From contig CP145416.1 of assembly GCA_036867785.1 (NCBI GenBank), positions 1,178,001-1,242,000 on the forward strand: a stretch of 64,000 nucleotides of DNA. Direction: 5' to 3'. The position numbers and the translations under genes were made by a program. The notes under the pieces were generated by a model. It was given only the letters and a program-made list of their open reading frames with translations. It searched no databases and was not told where the DNA came from. How positions within the stretch are numbered: the stretch's first letter is position 1; each line of letters opens with the position of its first letter. The DNA comes from Plasmodiophora brassicae (Eukaryota). This document shows, in pieces, positions 1 to 10,319 of this stretch.

Positions 1-36
1 CCAAACCGAAGATGGGCTGATACGATCGCCAAGTAG

Positions 37-261
37 GCTCGGTTCTGCTTGAACCTAGTAACAACAGGTGATACGGAGTCCCCGGTCAAGGTTCGCGCTT
101 TCGTTTCCGAACTCTATAGCGCTTTCCAAGTGCTCAACCTGCGAAACGACCTCCTCCGGAAACGGTTCGACTCCATCAAGTACGACCTGCAGAAATTGGA
201 AGGCATCGTATACGACATCAGTATTCGAAAGGATCGGGCCGGGCGTGACCGAGCAACGTAA
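37..261 (+). CDS. TSN: Translin, last exon (5' part lies outside the window)
   Basis: After an acceptor tag (34-36) reads ARFCLNLVTTGD...FQVLNLRNDLLRKRFDSIKYDLQKLEGIVYDISIR, matching the translin C-terminal motif LNLKNDxLRKRxDxxKYD...VYDLSIR. Confidence 0.85.
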   Translation, partial: ARFCLNLVTTGDTESPVKVRAFVSELYSAFQVLNLRNDLLRKRFDSIKYDLQKLEGIVYDISIRKDRAGRDRAT

Positions 262-461
262 TGAACGGTCTGAAGTTATACTCTGCCAATCCCACCGCCA
301 GGCAAACTGCCAGAGGAAAAATGTCGACCGCTCTCTGTACGTATTCGTGCTTTGACGACGCCCTCCAAAAATGGGGCAAACCCAGGGTCAGCACCACTGA
401 TTCCGCGTAACGACCACGACGGCCGCAGTAGCCGGTAGGGGGTGACGGGAGCGATTTCGTC

Positions 462-3269
462 ATGGCGCAACAGCAGCCATCGTACTTCGTCGAGCACCGA
501 CGGGGCGAGGTCGCCGAGCTGCAGACGATGCTTCGGAACCCGAAATTGTCGCCCGAGCGGAAGCGCGGCGTCGTCGAACGCGTCATAGCGTACATGACGC
601 TGGGTATCGACGTGTCGAACCTGTTCACGGATATGATCATGGTATGAGCGCATAGCTCACCCTTGCGTCAAAATACTGACCCGGCAATACAGGCGACGCA
701 CACCAAAGATCTCGTCCAGAAGAAGATGGTATACCTGTACCTGAGCACATATGCAGCGCAGAAACCCGAGATGGCGCTGCTTGCTATCAATACTCTTCAG
801 AAGGATTGCCGCGACGATGATCCAATGGTTCGAGGTTTGGCGTTGAGAAGCCTGTGCACGCTACGGTATGCAATGACATGATCTGCTGATGTATTCTATT
901 TGTTGACACGTTATTGTCCAGTGTCCCCCAGCTTCTCGAATACGTGATGGTCCCCATTCGAAAAGGGTTAAACGACCCGAGCGCGTATGTTCGAAAGGTT
1001 GCCGTCGTAGGATGTGCGAAGATTCACGCGTTGTCACCGGCGACCGTTAAAGGTGACCTAGATCCGCCACGTTCCTACGATACAGGTTAAATGGGTTGCC
1101 GTAGAATCCGACATTGTGGACATATTGTACAACATGCTGAGAGATCGGGATGCTGTTGTAGTCGACAATGCCATCCAGGCTTTGAACAAGTAGGTTGCGA
1201 TTGGCGACGTCGGTCGTTATCCGCGGTCACTTAATTGCAGTCGGTAGCATTCTTGCAGATGAGGGTGGCATGGCGATTAACAAGCAGATCATCTTCCATT
1301 TGCTCAACCGGATCCGAGATTTTCATGAATGGGGGCAATGCGTCGTTCTGGAACTTGTTGCGCGTTATGTCCCGGAAACATCAGATGAAATGTTCGACAT
1401 TATGAACCTCCTTGAGGACCGTCTGAAGCACGCTAACAGCGCCGTTGTAATGGGCACTGTCAAGGTGTTTCTCTACTTCACCCAATCGATGCCACAAATC
1501 CACCGCGGTGTCTTTGAGCGAATCAGGAGTGAGGCCTTCGTAAACGAAAAATGACATCCACGAGCTAACATTGTTCCTCAGCTCCCCTGTTGACCTTTAT
1601 TGGAGGCAATTCCCACCATATATCATATCCCGTCCTGGCACACATCAAACTCCTAATTGTTCGCATGCCGGGCATCTTCGACGACCAGTTCAAGTCGTTC
1701 TTCCTCAAGCATAACGACCCAGTTTGCGTTAAAGTTCTCAAACTCGACGTTCTGTCGCGAATTTCCAACGCGACGAATGCTAGCGAAATCCTCAACGAGA
1801 TCAGCGAATACGTGGCTGATGCAAACACGGGTGTCGCCAGAAAGTCCATTCGCACCATCGGCGCGCTGGCAATCAAAGTTGAAGAGGTCGATGCGGAGCT
1901 GTTGCTCTCACATCATTTTCTACTAACGCTTGATGCAGGTTGCTGACGAAGCCTTTGAACATCTGCTAAGCTTTCTCGACCTGAATATGGAATCGCTGAG
2001 CACCGAAACATGTGTTATCATCAAAGACCTTCTTCGAAAATATCCTGAGCACCACGAGGTCGTCGTCCCTGCGTTGCAACGCATTCTGCGAACTGTCAAG
2101 AGCCCCGAAGGAAAGGTGGCTGTCGTGTGGATGATTGGCGAATATGGAGACGAAATCCCTGACGCACCGTACATTCTTGAAGATTTGATTGATGAGTATC
2201 TTGCTGCTGCAGGCTTCGTGTATTTATCAATTGATTGTTTCCTTTGTAGTTTCGACAACGAGAAATCGTGCCTGGTTAGGTCAGAACTATTGTCATCAAC
2301 GGTCAAACTCTTCTTCAAGCGACCCCCGGAAGTGCAGAAGATGCTTGGGAGATTGCTTCGATCCGCCATCGATGACATGAACCAAGAAGTTATTGTACGG
2401 GATCGCGCACTGCTTTATTATCGCCTTCTTGAGCTCGATGTCGAGCAAGCTGCGCGTGTTATCAACTGTCCGAAGGCATGTGTCGAGTCATTCGCCGAAT
2501 CTGATAGTACCGAACTATCGAATCGCCTGTTTCAAGAGCTCAATACGGTTAGTGTGATGGTCAACGCATCATGTTGCGTATCCTCACCACGTGCATCAGC
2601 TCGCGGTGGTGTACGAGAAGTCGATATGTCCGCCTGCAATGCCGATTGGGTCGCTCTCAATCAGTCCGGGATCTCCGTCGCCATCGCCGGATGCCGAGTT
2701 CAAACAGTCAAAGGTGGCTGAACCAGCACGGCCTCCAGTAGAAGATCTTCTGTCCTTTGGGTTCTCGTCACCTGCTCCTTCGGAGATCGTCAAAGGGCCG
2801 TCCAGTGTAAGCACGGTTTGCCCATAGCTTGGTCCCGACTGACGATAGATTGTACCAGGAGTCGTTTCTGTCACAGCAAGCGTACTGCGATGCAGCAACC
2901 TTCCAAACCCAATGGGGGACGCTAAAGACCGCAGACACTATCAGGAGAACGCTGCAGGCTGGGCAGGACCCCAATGCCGTTGAGCACGTTCTCAATCAGG
3001 CACGAATTGTCACGATCGCATCCGGGACCCTCGATGGCCACCTGAAAATGTACTTCTTTGCCCAACACGTGAGATTATCGCCCGCGTCGTGAAGAGCGCG
3101 AATTGACTCCCGATGCCCCTTTCAGGAAATCACGTCCGTGCTCGGCTTCATCGAGGTCGTTATTGCTCTCCAAACCGGCCTTCTTCAAGCTGTGTTCAAA
3201 TCGAGTGACGCCGCGTTCGCCCAACAGCTTGCCCAGCTGGTTGACGAGCTGCTTCAAGGGCGATTCTGA
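462..3269 (+). CDS. AP4B1: Adaptor protein complex beta subunit, probably AP-4 beta; multi-exon
   Basis: [91 protein letters not shown]-terminal appendage exons end at TGA 3267-3269; many short GT-AG introns. Confidence 0.88.
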
Positions 3270-3521
3270 TACACCTCGGACAATCATCCCTCATCGTCGA
3301 ACCGTTGTCATCCTCGAACTGTAATGCTCGGAAGGGCTGTCGCCTAAAGCAGCTCCGCTCCTGGGTTTACGTGGAACAGCGGCAGCTCGATGTTCCGGCG
3401 AGGTCGCCCTGAATTCAGAATTCCAGAAATAACCTTCACTGTCACACAGACCGGGAGCAGGTGATGTGTTTGACCGCCATCACTGTCCACGAAGTTGATC
3501 CTCGGGACCTTTGCGATTGCC

Positions 3522-4331
3522 ATGGCGGTGGCGATCCCTCTGATCATCCTGGCGCTTGTCCTTTGGCAGTCGCGATCGCCTTCTGCATCGCAGCGGCCGG
3601 CGCTGGCACGCGTATGGCAGAATTTCCGACAGGACGACACTGAGGCCAGGAAGGAGATCATTGAGAGACGGGTCGCGGTCCTGGACGACCTTCTCGCACA
3701 GAACGCTGTCGACGAGGGCGCCGCCGCCCGCAGCGTTCCAGTCGATACTGCACGACAGGAGCGGTGCTGGCATCGCGATAAGGTCATCAAGGTCGCGATG
3801 CGCCTGAACAGGCTGTCGCGGACCGACACGCTGGCTCGGAAACGACGAATCGAACGGCTCAGAGATGGACTAACCGCATCGTCCACCTCCCCGGTGAAGC
3901 TAAACCTGATCCGGCAGTGCCTGAGGCACATCGGGTGGACGCTGACCCGGTCAGTGCACGGCGCCCATCTCGACGAGGTCCGGGTCGAGATGGAGGCCTG
4001 GCAGTTGCTGATCGAGGCCCAGCGCCGCGTCATCGACGGGTTCGGACGCACGGGATGGGCGGGCCTGAACGCCGACGGCGACCCCGGTGACCACCGGACA
4101 GGAGGGGCACCGAAGGTCATCGATCGACTGCTACAGGTCCCCCGAGCCATTCACCAGTTCCGCCGCGACCGGGCAGCCCGTCAAGCACATTCGGATCTGA
4201 ACCGCGACGTCGCCCAGGAGGCCGAAGCGGAACGCCCGACGCTGGAGGCGATCGTCGATGCGCTCGACGCCATAGTGTCCGTCAATCGGCTGATCCTCGA
4301 TCTGGAAACGGCTCGCCCGCTTTTACAGTAA
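3522..4331 (+). CDS. Hypothetical protein with N-terminal signal peptide or anchor, intronless
   Basis: Open frame 3495-4331, ATG at 3522; MAVAIPLIILALVLWQ is hydrophobic and is followed by a charged helical region. Confidence 0.55.
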   Translation: MAVAIPLIILALVLWQSRSPSASQRPALARVWQNFRQDDTEARKEIIERRVAVLDDLLAQNAVDEGAAARSVPVDTARQERCWHRDKVIKVAMRLNRLSRTDTLARKRRIERLRDGLTASSTSPVKLNLIRQCLRHIGWTLTRSVHGAHLDEVRVEMEAWQLLIEAQRRVIDGFGRTGWAGLNADGDPGDHRTGGAPKVIDRLLQVPRAIHQFRRDRAARQAHSDLNRDVAQEAEAERPTLEAIVDALDAIVSVNRLILDLETARPLLQ

Positions 4332-4379
4332 ATCAAACATTGGCGCGGGCGCCGCGGTTTAGTATCGAGCCGGCCACGT

Positions 4380-5198
4380 TTACCTGCGGCTAGGTGCCAG
4401 CATGAACGTATAGTCGGCGGTCCAGGACCCGTCCTGCGCTTTGGCGGCTTGCACGTTCAGCGTCGTTGCGCGTCGCTTCATGAGGACCTCGGCAACACGT
4501 TTCGGCATAAATGCCAGCTCCATGGCCGAAAGGTTCTTGTCGAAGTACAACTGTGTCGCCAGCGTCTCGTATCCGGGTGCCCACACCAGGAAATGGATAT
4601 GGGCCGGGCGACGAACCTCGACACCTTCGTCCCATCCGAAGAGACGACGCAGGGCATTACTGATCCGGGTGATACCCGGGAACACCAGCGGCCCGGGGAG
4701 CACGGTCTGGATGAGGACGTCGCCGTCAGCATTGGTGACGAACTTGCCACGCCAGTTGTACGTGAAGTTGTCGTACCAGCCTGCCGGGCCGACCTGCCAG
4801 AGCTCAACGGTGGCGTTCTCGATCGGGCGGTCCTTGTCTTTCAGGCTGACGACGCGCACCGAGAACGCAAGCTTATCCGCTGTCGTCAGCGTCTTGGCGG
4901 CCGCCGGCGAGTACGCGACGCCGTCCTTGCGAACGGGCGCGAACAGGACGCGCTCGGGGCCCTCAGCATCCGACTGCGGGTGAGCGTCCGGGTCTCGCAG
5001 GATATCGCGTGCCACAGCGTACGCCCAGTAGGGAACGCTAAGGCCCAGGGCGCACAGGTTCTTGACGATCTCCATGATGGCCCCCCGTCCGACGTCCGAT
5101 GTCCGCCGGAGTGCTTCGATGGGCGCGACCTGGCCGACTGACCTGGCCGCGCCCGGTCGAGTAACACTGTTCGCCGTCTGCTTCTCGACGACGCCCAT
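4380..5198 (-). CDS. Intradiol ring-cleavage dioxygenase (catechol 1,2-dioxygenase-like), intronless
   Basis: EGP...PIENATVELWQVGPAGWYD...WRGKFVTNADG...IQTVLPG...RPAHIHFLVWAPGYETLATQLYF. Confidence 0.9.
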   Translation of the reverse strand: MGVVEKQTANSVTRPGAARSVGQVAPIEALRRTSDVGRGAIMEIVKNLCALGLSVPYWAYAVARDILRDPDAHPQSDAEGPERVLFAPVRKDGVAYSPAAAKTLTTADKLAFSVRVVSLKDKDRPIENATVELWQVGPAGWYDNFTYNWRGKFVTNADGDVLIQTVLPGPLVFPGITRISNALRRLFGWDEGVEVRRPAHIHFLVWAPGYETLATQLYFDKNLSAMELAFMPKRVAEVLMKRRATTLNVQAAKAQDGSWTADYTFMLAPSRR

Positions 5199-5281
5199 GC
5201 ACTATTCGTCGTCCTGTATTATAGGTATAAACTGATATGTACTGATGATATGAGAGGGACGGTCGATTAGGGAAGTGCCGG

Positions 5282-6514
5282 TCAGCGTTGCTGCGACGTC
5301 GGTCTGGGTTCCTCTGGGCGCTGCTTTGGAATCAGGTGAACGCGATGGCGGCGGCGGCGGCGACGGCGCATGAGAACAGCGGCGACGACGACGGCTAGGC
5401 CAGCAGCGGCCGCGATTCGTAGAGGACGGGACAGGGAGCGATGCGAACGTTGGGGCGCGGGTTTCGCGCGCGACCGTTTGCGAGACGCGCCTAGGAGCGC
5501 AACCGCGGGCGTAATCACGGTCGCCGCCACAGCCAGAAGCGCCCGTTTGCTGGGCCTGGGCCAGCCCGGCGGAGACGCCCCGTCATCAGCCGCCATCGGG
5601 TCAACGAATTCCCATTCGCGCTCCGAGATACCGTCTTGCTCGTAGCGGATGATCGCGTCGTACTCCTCGTTCAGATAGACGTCCGCGTCTATCCGTTGGG
5701 GTCCCGGCGCGTAGAAGCCCAGGTTCAGAGATGGGACGGCATCCAGTATCGACAGGACGTCGTCGGCAGACATGCCTGCCAGCCTCCATCTCCTGTAATC
5801 GACCGTGCGGAAGTGTTCGGCCATGGACACGGCGAAGCGGACGAAGAACAGCGCCTGCTGCGACGGGTCGCTTTCGGCCAGGTACCTCATGAGCAGGTCG
5901 GCGGGCAGATCGTTGGCGCACCCGCCGATGGAATAGTCCTGGTCGATGGCGAACGACTTGATGAATGTCTCCGGGTAGGCCTGCAGGAAGACGTCCAGGT
6001 CGATCGCGTCGATCAAACGTCGCCGGACCAGATTATGGAAATAGGCCGACTTCTGGATCAACAAGAACTCGAGGTCGGTAGGAGAATACAGCCGGCCCAG
6101 TGGCGAATCCAGGAGGTTGACGAATGCCACGAGCGCTTGCGTATCATCTGGGAAAATTCGCGCGATGACGCACGCGGGTCGATCCCACCCTTGCGAATAC
6201 GTCAGCGCGTCCGGGCGCAAGTGGACCACGACGTCGCGTTTGTCCCGCAGGACAAGCTCGGCATCCTCGATCAGCTTCGCGACCCTGCGCTTGTCTTCAC
6301 ATGGGAACCGGCCGACATCCAGGCGCATCTGCGCGATCGTACCGCGCGACAGCAACGACGCGTTCAGCGCACTCCGCTCCGTCACGTCCACCTGCAGACG
6401 ATTACCGATCGCGTCCGCGCATCGTTGCGCCCGATCGGTGCAGTCCTTCCTGGCCACTGCGACAAGAACAAGAGCAAAGGCGGCCGCCAGGCATCGGTAG
6501 ACACCGGTCGGCAT
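5282..6514 (-). CDS. Hypothetical secreted or membrane protein (signal peptide, two C-terminal hydrophobic segments)
   Basis: 431-aa open frame; MPTGVYRCLAAAFALVLVAVA from ATG 6514; C-terminal ALLAVAATVITPAVALLG and IAAAAGLAVVVAAVLM, each followed by Arg/Lys runs. Confidence 0.6.
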   Translation of the reverse strand: MPTGVYRCLAAAFALVLVAVARKDCTDRAQRCADAIGNRLQVDVTERSALNASLLSRGTIAQMRLDVGRFPCEDKRRVAKLIEDAELVLRDKRDVVVHLRPDALTYSQGWDRPACVIARIFPDDTQALVAFVNLLDSPLGRLYSPTDLEFLLIQKSAYFHNLVRRRLIDAIDLDVFLQAYPETFIKSFAIDQDYSIGGCANDLPADLLMRYLAESDPSQQALFFVRFAVSMAEHFRTVDYRRWRLAGMSADDVLSILDAVPSLNLGFYAPGPQRIDADVYLNEEYDAIIRYEQDGISEREWEFVDPMAADDGASPPGWPRPSKRALLAVAATVITPAVALLGASRKRSRAKPAPQRSHRSLSRPLRIAAAAGLAVVVAAVLMRRRRRRRHRVHLIPKQRPEEPRPTSQQR

Positions 6515-6879
6515 CGTCGATAGTGGACGGATCCCGCAGGTGATCCGGAAAAGTGCGTCACGGTGCGCACAGGGCATGACCCGCGGCGCTGACGGACGGA
6601 GCTTTCAGTGCCACGCCCCGTACGGTGACGATTGACGAAGCGGCGCCCGTCCCCAGGAAACGTTATGGGTGGGCAGGGTGACGCGCCGAATCGGGGAAAC
6701 GCGGATGTCATGCCTGATTGACGTCATCTATATGCGGAATGATCTTCCCAATAGGAACGTACGGGATATGGTACGGCACGGCACGGCACGGCATGGGGGG
6801 ACGAGAGTGTGTTCAGCAACAATAAATGGTAAGCCTGTTCGACTCGAGCCGTTGTTGGCGATTTCCTGGGCTTGCGACA

Positions 6880-7071
6880 CTACTCCGGCATACTTTGCTG
6901 CGTGAATGTCCATCTGCTAATGATTGCCGATCGCGTCTTCGCATCGCTCCCTGTCTGTGGACTGCGACAACAGCCAGAGCACGGGCGGCAGTATCGCCCC
7001 ATTCCCAGAGCGGCGAGGACCACAATCAGCAGCGTCGCCCACACGGCGATCTGCATCGCATCGACGGCCAT
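6880..7071 (-). CDS. Possible small single-TM peptide with juxtamembrane Cys cluster
   Basis: MAVDAMQIAVWATLLIVVLAALGMGRYCRPCSGCCRSP...; composition only, no homology recognised. Confidence 0.25.
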   Translation of the reverse strand: MAVDAMQIAVWATLLIVVLAALGMGRYCRPCSGCCRSPQTGSDAKTRSAIISRWTFTQQSMPE

Positions 7072-7264
7072 GTGATGTCGGTACAGAAATAGAGGGGTGC
7101 ACGACCGACCCACACGCGTAACGGCGACGCTTCGGCGGACTGCTGTCCTACAGTCGCGCAGTTCCGTCATCGAACACCCTCGGTTGTATAGAATATTGAA
7201 TGGACCTGCGCCAGTCGAGCGGGATATTTCCGCAGCGCGGTCGAGATCTTCGGCAGTGAATCCC

Positions 7265-8237
7265 ATGACGGAGGACGACCGAGGTAGGCGCCGCGCGCAG
7301 CAGCGGGTCGTCGTTGCAGTACGAACCGTCGGGCGTCGTCGTTGGAGCCAGCACCCGGGCGACGACGACGACGGAATCCGGGAGGCGCCCGGGCCTGGAT
7401 CGCGGCCTACCAAGACAAGGTCGTGCGGGATGCGAAATTGCAAGCGGAGCAGCGGAGGAACACGTTGCCGCCGATCGCCTCCACGGAACCGACGGAGCCG
7501 TACGCCCCGCTGCACGACGCGACGCCGATTGTTTCCAGGGCCGACCGGAAAGCGGACGCCAAGTCGCGACTGAATTACGTCCTGAAACGGATCGGGGGAC
7601 GGTCGGATCGTCGCGGGCGCCAGCTGTTCCGGGACGGGTTCCCTGACACCGACAGCGACGCGACGCCCTGTACCGTCGTCTGCAGCGCCACCCAGCCTGG
7701 CACGCCGCGTCGAACGTGGCTGACAAAGTCGTCGGACGACTTCATCGTCGACCAGGCGCTGCCGATGAACGCGTCGGTCATCGACCCGCCCGGCTCCACC
7801 TTTGTCACGACAATGGTGGCATCGTCCGGCGACAGGTACGCATCGTCGTCAACGGTCGACCGGATCCTCTTGTTAACGTCTAGCTCGGCAGAGCACTCGA
7901 CGGGAGCCTGCGACACAAGAAGAAGATGCAAGGCGTGTCGCTGGCACGTCGGCTACGGTCCCAGTACCTGCGGGAGCGGTTGAACGCGTTCGCGTGGGAC
8001 GACGAACAAGCGAACCTGGACAAGGCGTCACGTCACATTGGCCACAAACGCCGCCTTCGGCGCTGGTACGCCCTGCGCCTCGACGAGCAGGCCCGCAACG
8101 CCAGCCACCTGGTGCGACGCGGCCTGGGCCTGTACAATGGCCCGGTGCAGGCACAGTTCGATGGGCGCGTCACGTCCCTCTGGGGCACCCATGATACCGA
8201 CGTCGTACGCGCGCTGATCGCTGAGTACACTACGTGA
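7265..8237 (+). CDS. Hypothetical protein, probably 3 exons
   Basis: Protein-like ORFs 7342-7983 and 7926-8237 can be joined through a gtacgc...tag intron at ~7836-7883; ATG 7265 with a candidate intron at 7284-7319. Confidence 0.4.
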
Positions 8238-8562
8238 CGACGTCAACTCGTCACTGACCTCGTTGTGCATGCCGTCACTGGGTGCCGAAGTGTGTCGGCT
8301 CGTAGGTGGGACTGGTTGTTCCTTCGTCACAGTCAGGGATCGCCGCTCCGGCCGCCCGCTCTTGCCGTCAGAGCGAGCGCGTCATCGTGCGCTCGTGTGT
8401 GTGTGAGTGGGTTCAGCTCGGGACGGCGTTGTCGGGCCGATGCCGCCCTGCCTGCAGGACCGGCCAGCAATACCACCGGTCAGCTGTTTCCATCCCGGCC
8501 CCGTCACCGATCAGGGCGCCCGGCTGAAGATCCGGACCCGGTTCTCGCATTCATCCGGCAGC

Positions 8563-9175
8563 ATGTTCCAACGCGCCCTGACGACGAAGGACACCCCGGA
8601 GGGTGCCGTCCAGTCGGAGTCCAACACGACCAGCGACGACGACGACGACGATAAGGAGCAGACGATGCAGGCGAACGTCGCCCGGCAGAGGCTGTTCTGC
8701 ATCGAATGCGGCAGCGGGTTCCAGTCCGGCAAGGACCTCGCCGACCACGTCCGCGTGCACCATACGGCCAGCAGCGGGCACCAGAGCGTGAGCCTGCACG
8801 TCTGCACGACCTGCTCGAAAGCGTTTCAGAGGTCCGGCGACCTGAAGAAGCACAACCGGTTCCACACCGGCGAACGCCCGTTCCAGTGCACGATCTGCAC
8901 CAAGAGCTTCCACCAAAGCGGGCACCTGTACGGTCGACGCCATCGTCCTTTGGCGAGCAACCCAGTTTGTATGACCGTGCCGTCGCAGGAAGAACCATAT
9001 CCGCATCCATACGAACGAGCGGCCGTTCGCCTGCCACGTCTGCAGACGTGGGTTTCGTCAGGTACGGTGAAGGTCGGCGTCGGGGGACGGAGGCACCTGT
9101 AACGTGCATTGCTAGTCGTGCAACCTGAAGAGGCATATGAAGACGCATGCGCCGCCGAGGACAAAGGACGCCTGA
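8563..9175 (+). CDS. C2H2 zinc-finger protein (about 4 fingers, 2 introns)
   Basis: CIECGSGF..DHVRVHH; CTTCSKAFQRSGDLKKHNRFHTGERPFQCTICTKSFHQSGHL; later exons give HTNERPFACHVC..F and SCNLKRHMKTH; stop 9173-9175. Confidence 0.9.
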
Positions 9176-9273
9176 CGCGCGATAATGTCAATACCAAATA
9201 CAGAAATCTGCACGAAAGATATTCCACGTCCCCCAGACCCGGGTGCGCCTCGAATCTCGTTCATGGTAGGTCG

Positions 9274-10269
9274 ATGCTGGCGCTGCTGTTGACGAGCGCC
9301 CTCGTCCTATACGGCACCCTGGCCGGGTCGTCGGCACCAGCACACACGTCGACGACGCGCGGCACGTCTGCGCTGGGGATCACATTGCTCCTGGATCGGC
9401 TCCCGAGCAATGCCCCGTGCTCGCAAGCGTTCCTATCAGCGGCGATCACCAACTACCGATCCAAGCTGATCACGATCACCCAGATCCCGGGCGACCGTCT
9501 GCCACCAGCGAATTTCATCGTCAACGCAACCGCCGGGGCATGCCGATTACACTTCCTCGTCCTGCAAGGGCAGGGGATCACGTCCGCCCAGTTCGCCGGC
9601 GACGTGACCCGATACAGCAACACGCCTGGCATCCTGTTCAGGAACACGTACGTCCTGCAGGCAACGTCGATCCCCGTGACGATGACGACCGCCAGCGTCG
9701 TCGTCCAGCAGTGCGCGCAGGCGTACCAGGTCGTGACGCAGGCGTCCGATACGTGCCAGACGCCGGGCACGTCGTCGTCCACCAGCTGGTACAGCAACCT
9801 GAACCCGTACCTGATGGATATCGCCGCCATCACCGGCATGCTGATCGGGTCCTGCATCGTCGTCACTGTCGTGACGTGCCGATACGCCCGGTACACGACG
9901 CTAGTGTCCCCGAATGCGTCCGGTGGACCTAGCAACGTCCAGGACCCAGTCAAGATCGTCGATCCCGACCTGGCCCAGCAGCAGGGATCACCGATGCCCA
10001 TAGCACGCGTGAGAACCACAAACATCAGGCGGTACGCCACAGCAGATTCGGACGCGGCTCGACGACCGACCCCATCGTCGGTGCCCTACTTTTCGCAAAG
10101 CGTCAGCGACCTGAAGGCCCCGTTGCCCTTCGAGTTGACGAACGGCGCCGCCGCCGGGCCCAGGGTCATTAGACGAGGGATGTCGACATCGGGCAAGAGT
10201 AAGAAGCATCCGTTGCAGTACGGCGATGCTGATACCGGCCGCGACGCCGTGCAAACCATTGACGATTGA
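9274..10269 (+). CDS. Hypothetical single-pass type I membrane protein
   Basis: Signal peptide MLALLLTSALVLYGTLAG, Cys/Thr-containing ectodomain, TM IAAITGMLIGSCIVVTVVTC, low-complexity tail. Confidence 0.65.
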   Translation: MLALLLTSALVLYGTLAGSSAPAHTSTTRGTSALGITLLLDRLPSNAPCSQAFLSAAITNYRSKLITITQIPGDRLPPANFIVNATAGACRLHFLVLQGQGITSAQFAGDVTRYSNTPGILFRNTYVLQATSIPVTMTTASVVVQQCAQAYQVVTQASDTCQTPGTSSSTSWYSNLNPYLMDIAAITGMLIGSCIVVTVVTCRYARYTTLVSPNASGGPSNVQDPVKIVDPDLAQQQGSPMPIARVRTTNIRRYATADSDAARRPTPSSVPYFSQSVSDLKAPLPFELTNGAAAGPRVIRRGMSTSGKSKKHPLQYGDADTGRDAVQTIDD

Positions 10270-10319
10270 CTAATCATAGTACATTCGACGTGAGGTACAG
10301 ACAGGACGCGTACAGGGGA

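Noticed and set aside
6774-6794. (GGCAC)n pentamer run; also short AC/GT runs near 24877, 59943 and 60952
   Set aside because: Ordinary short microsatellites.
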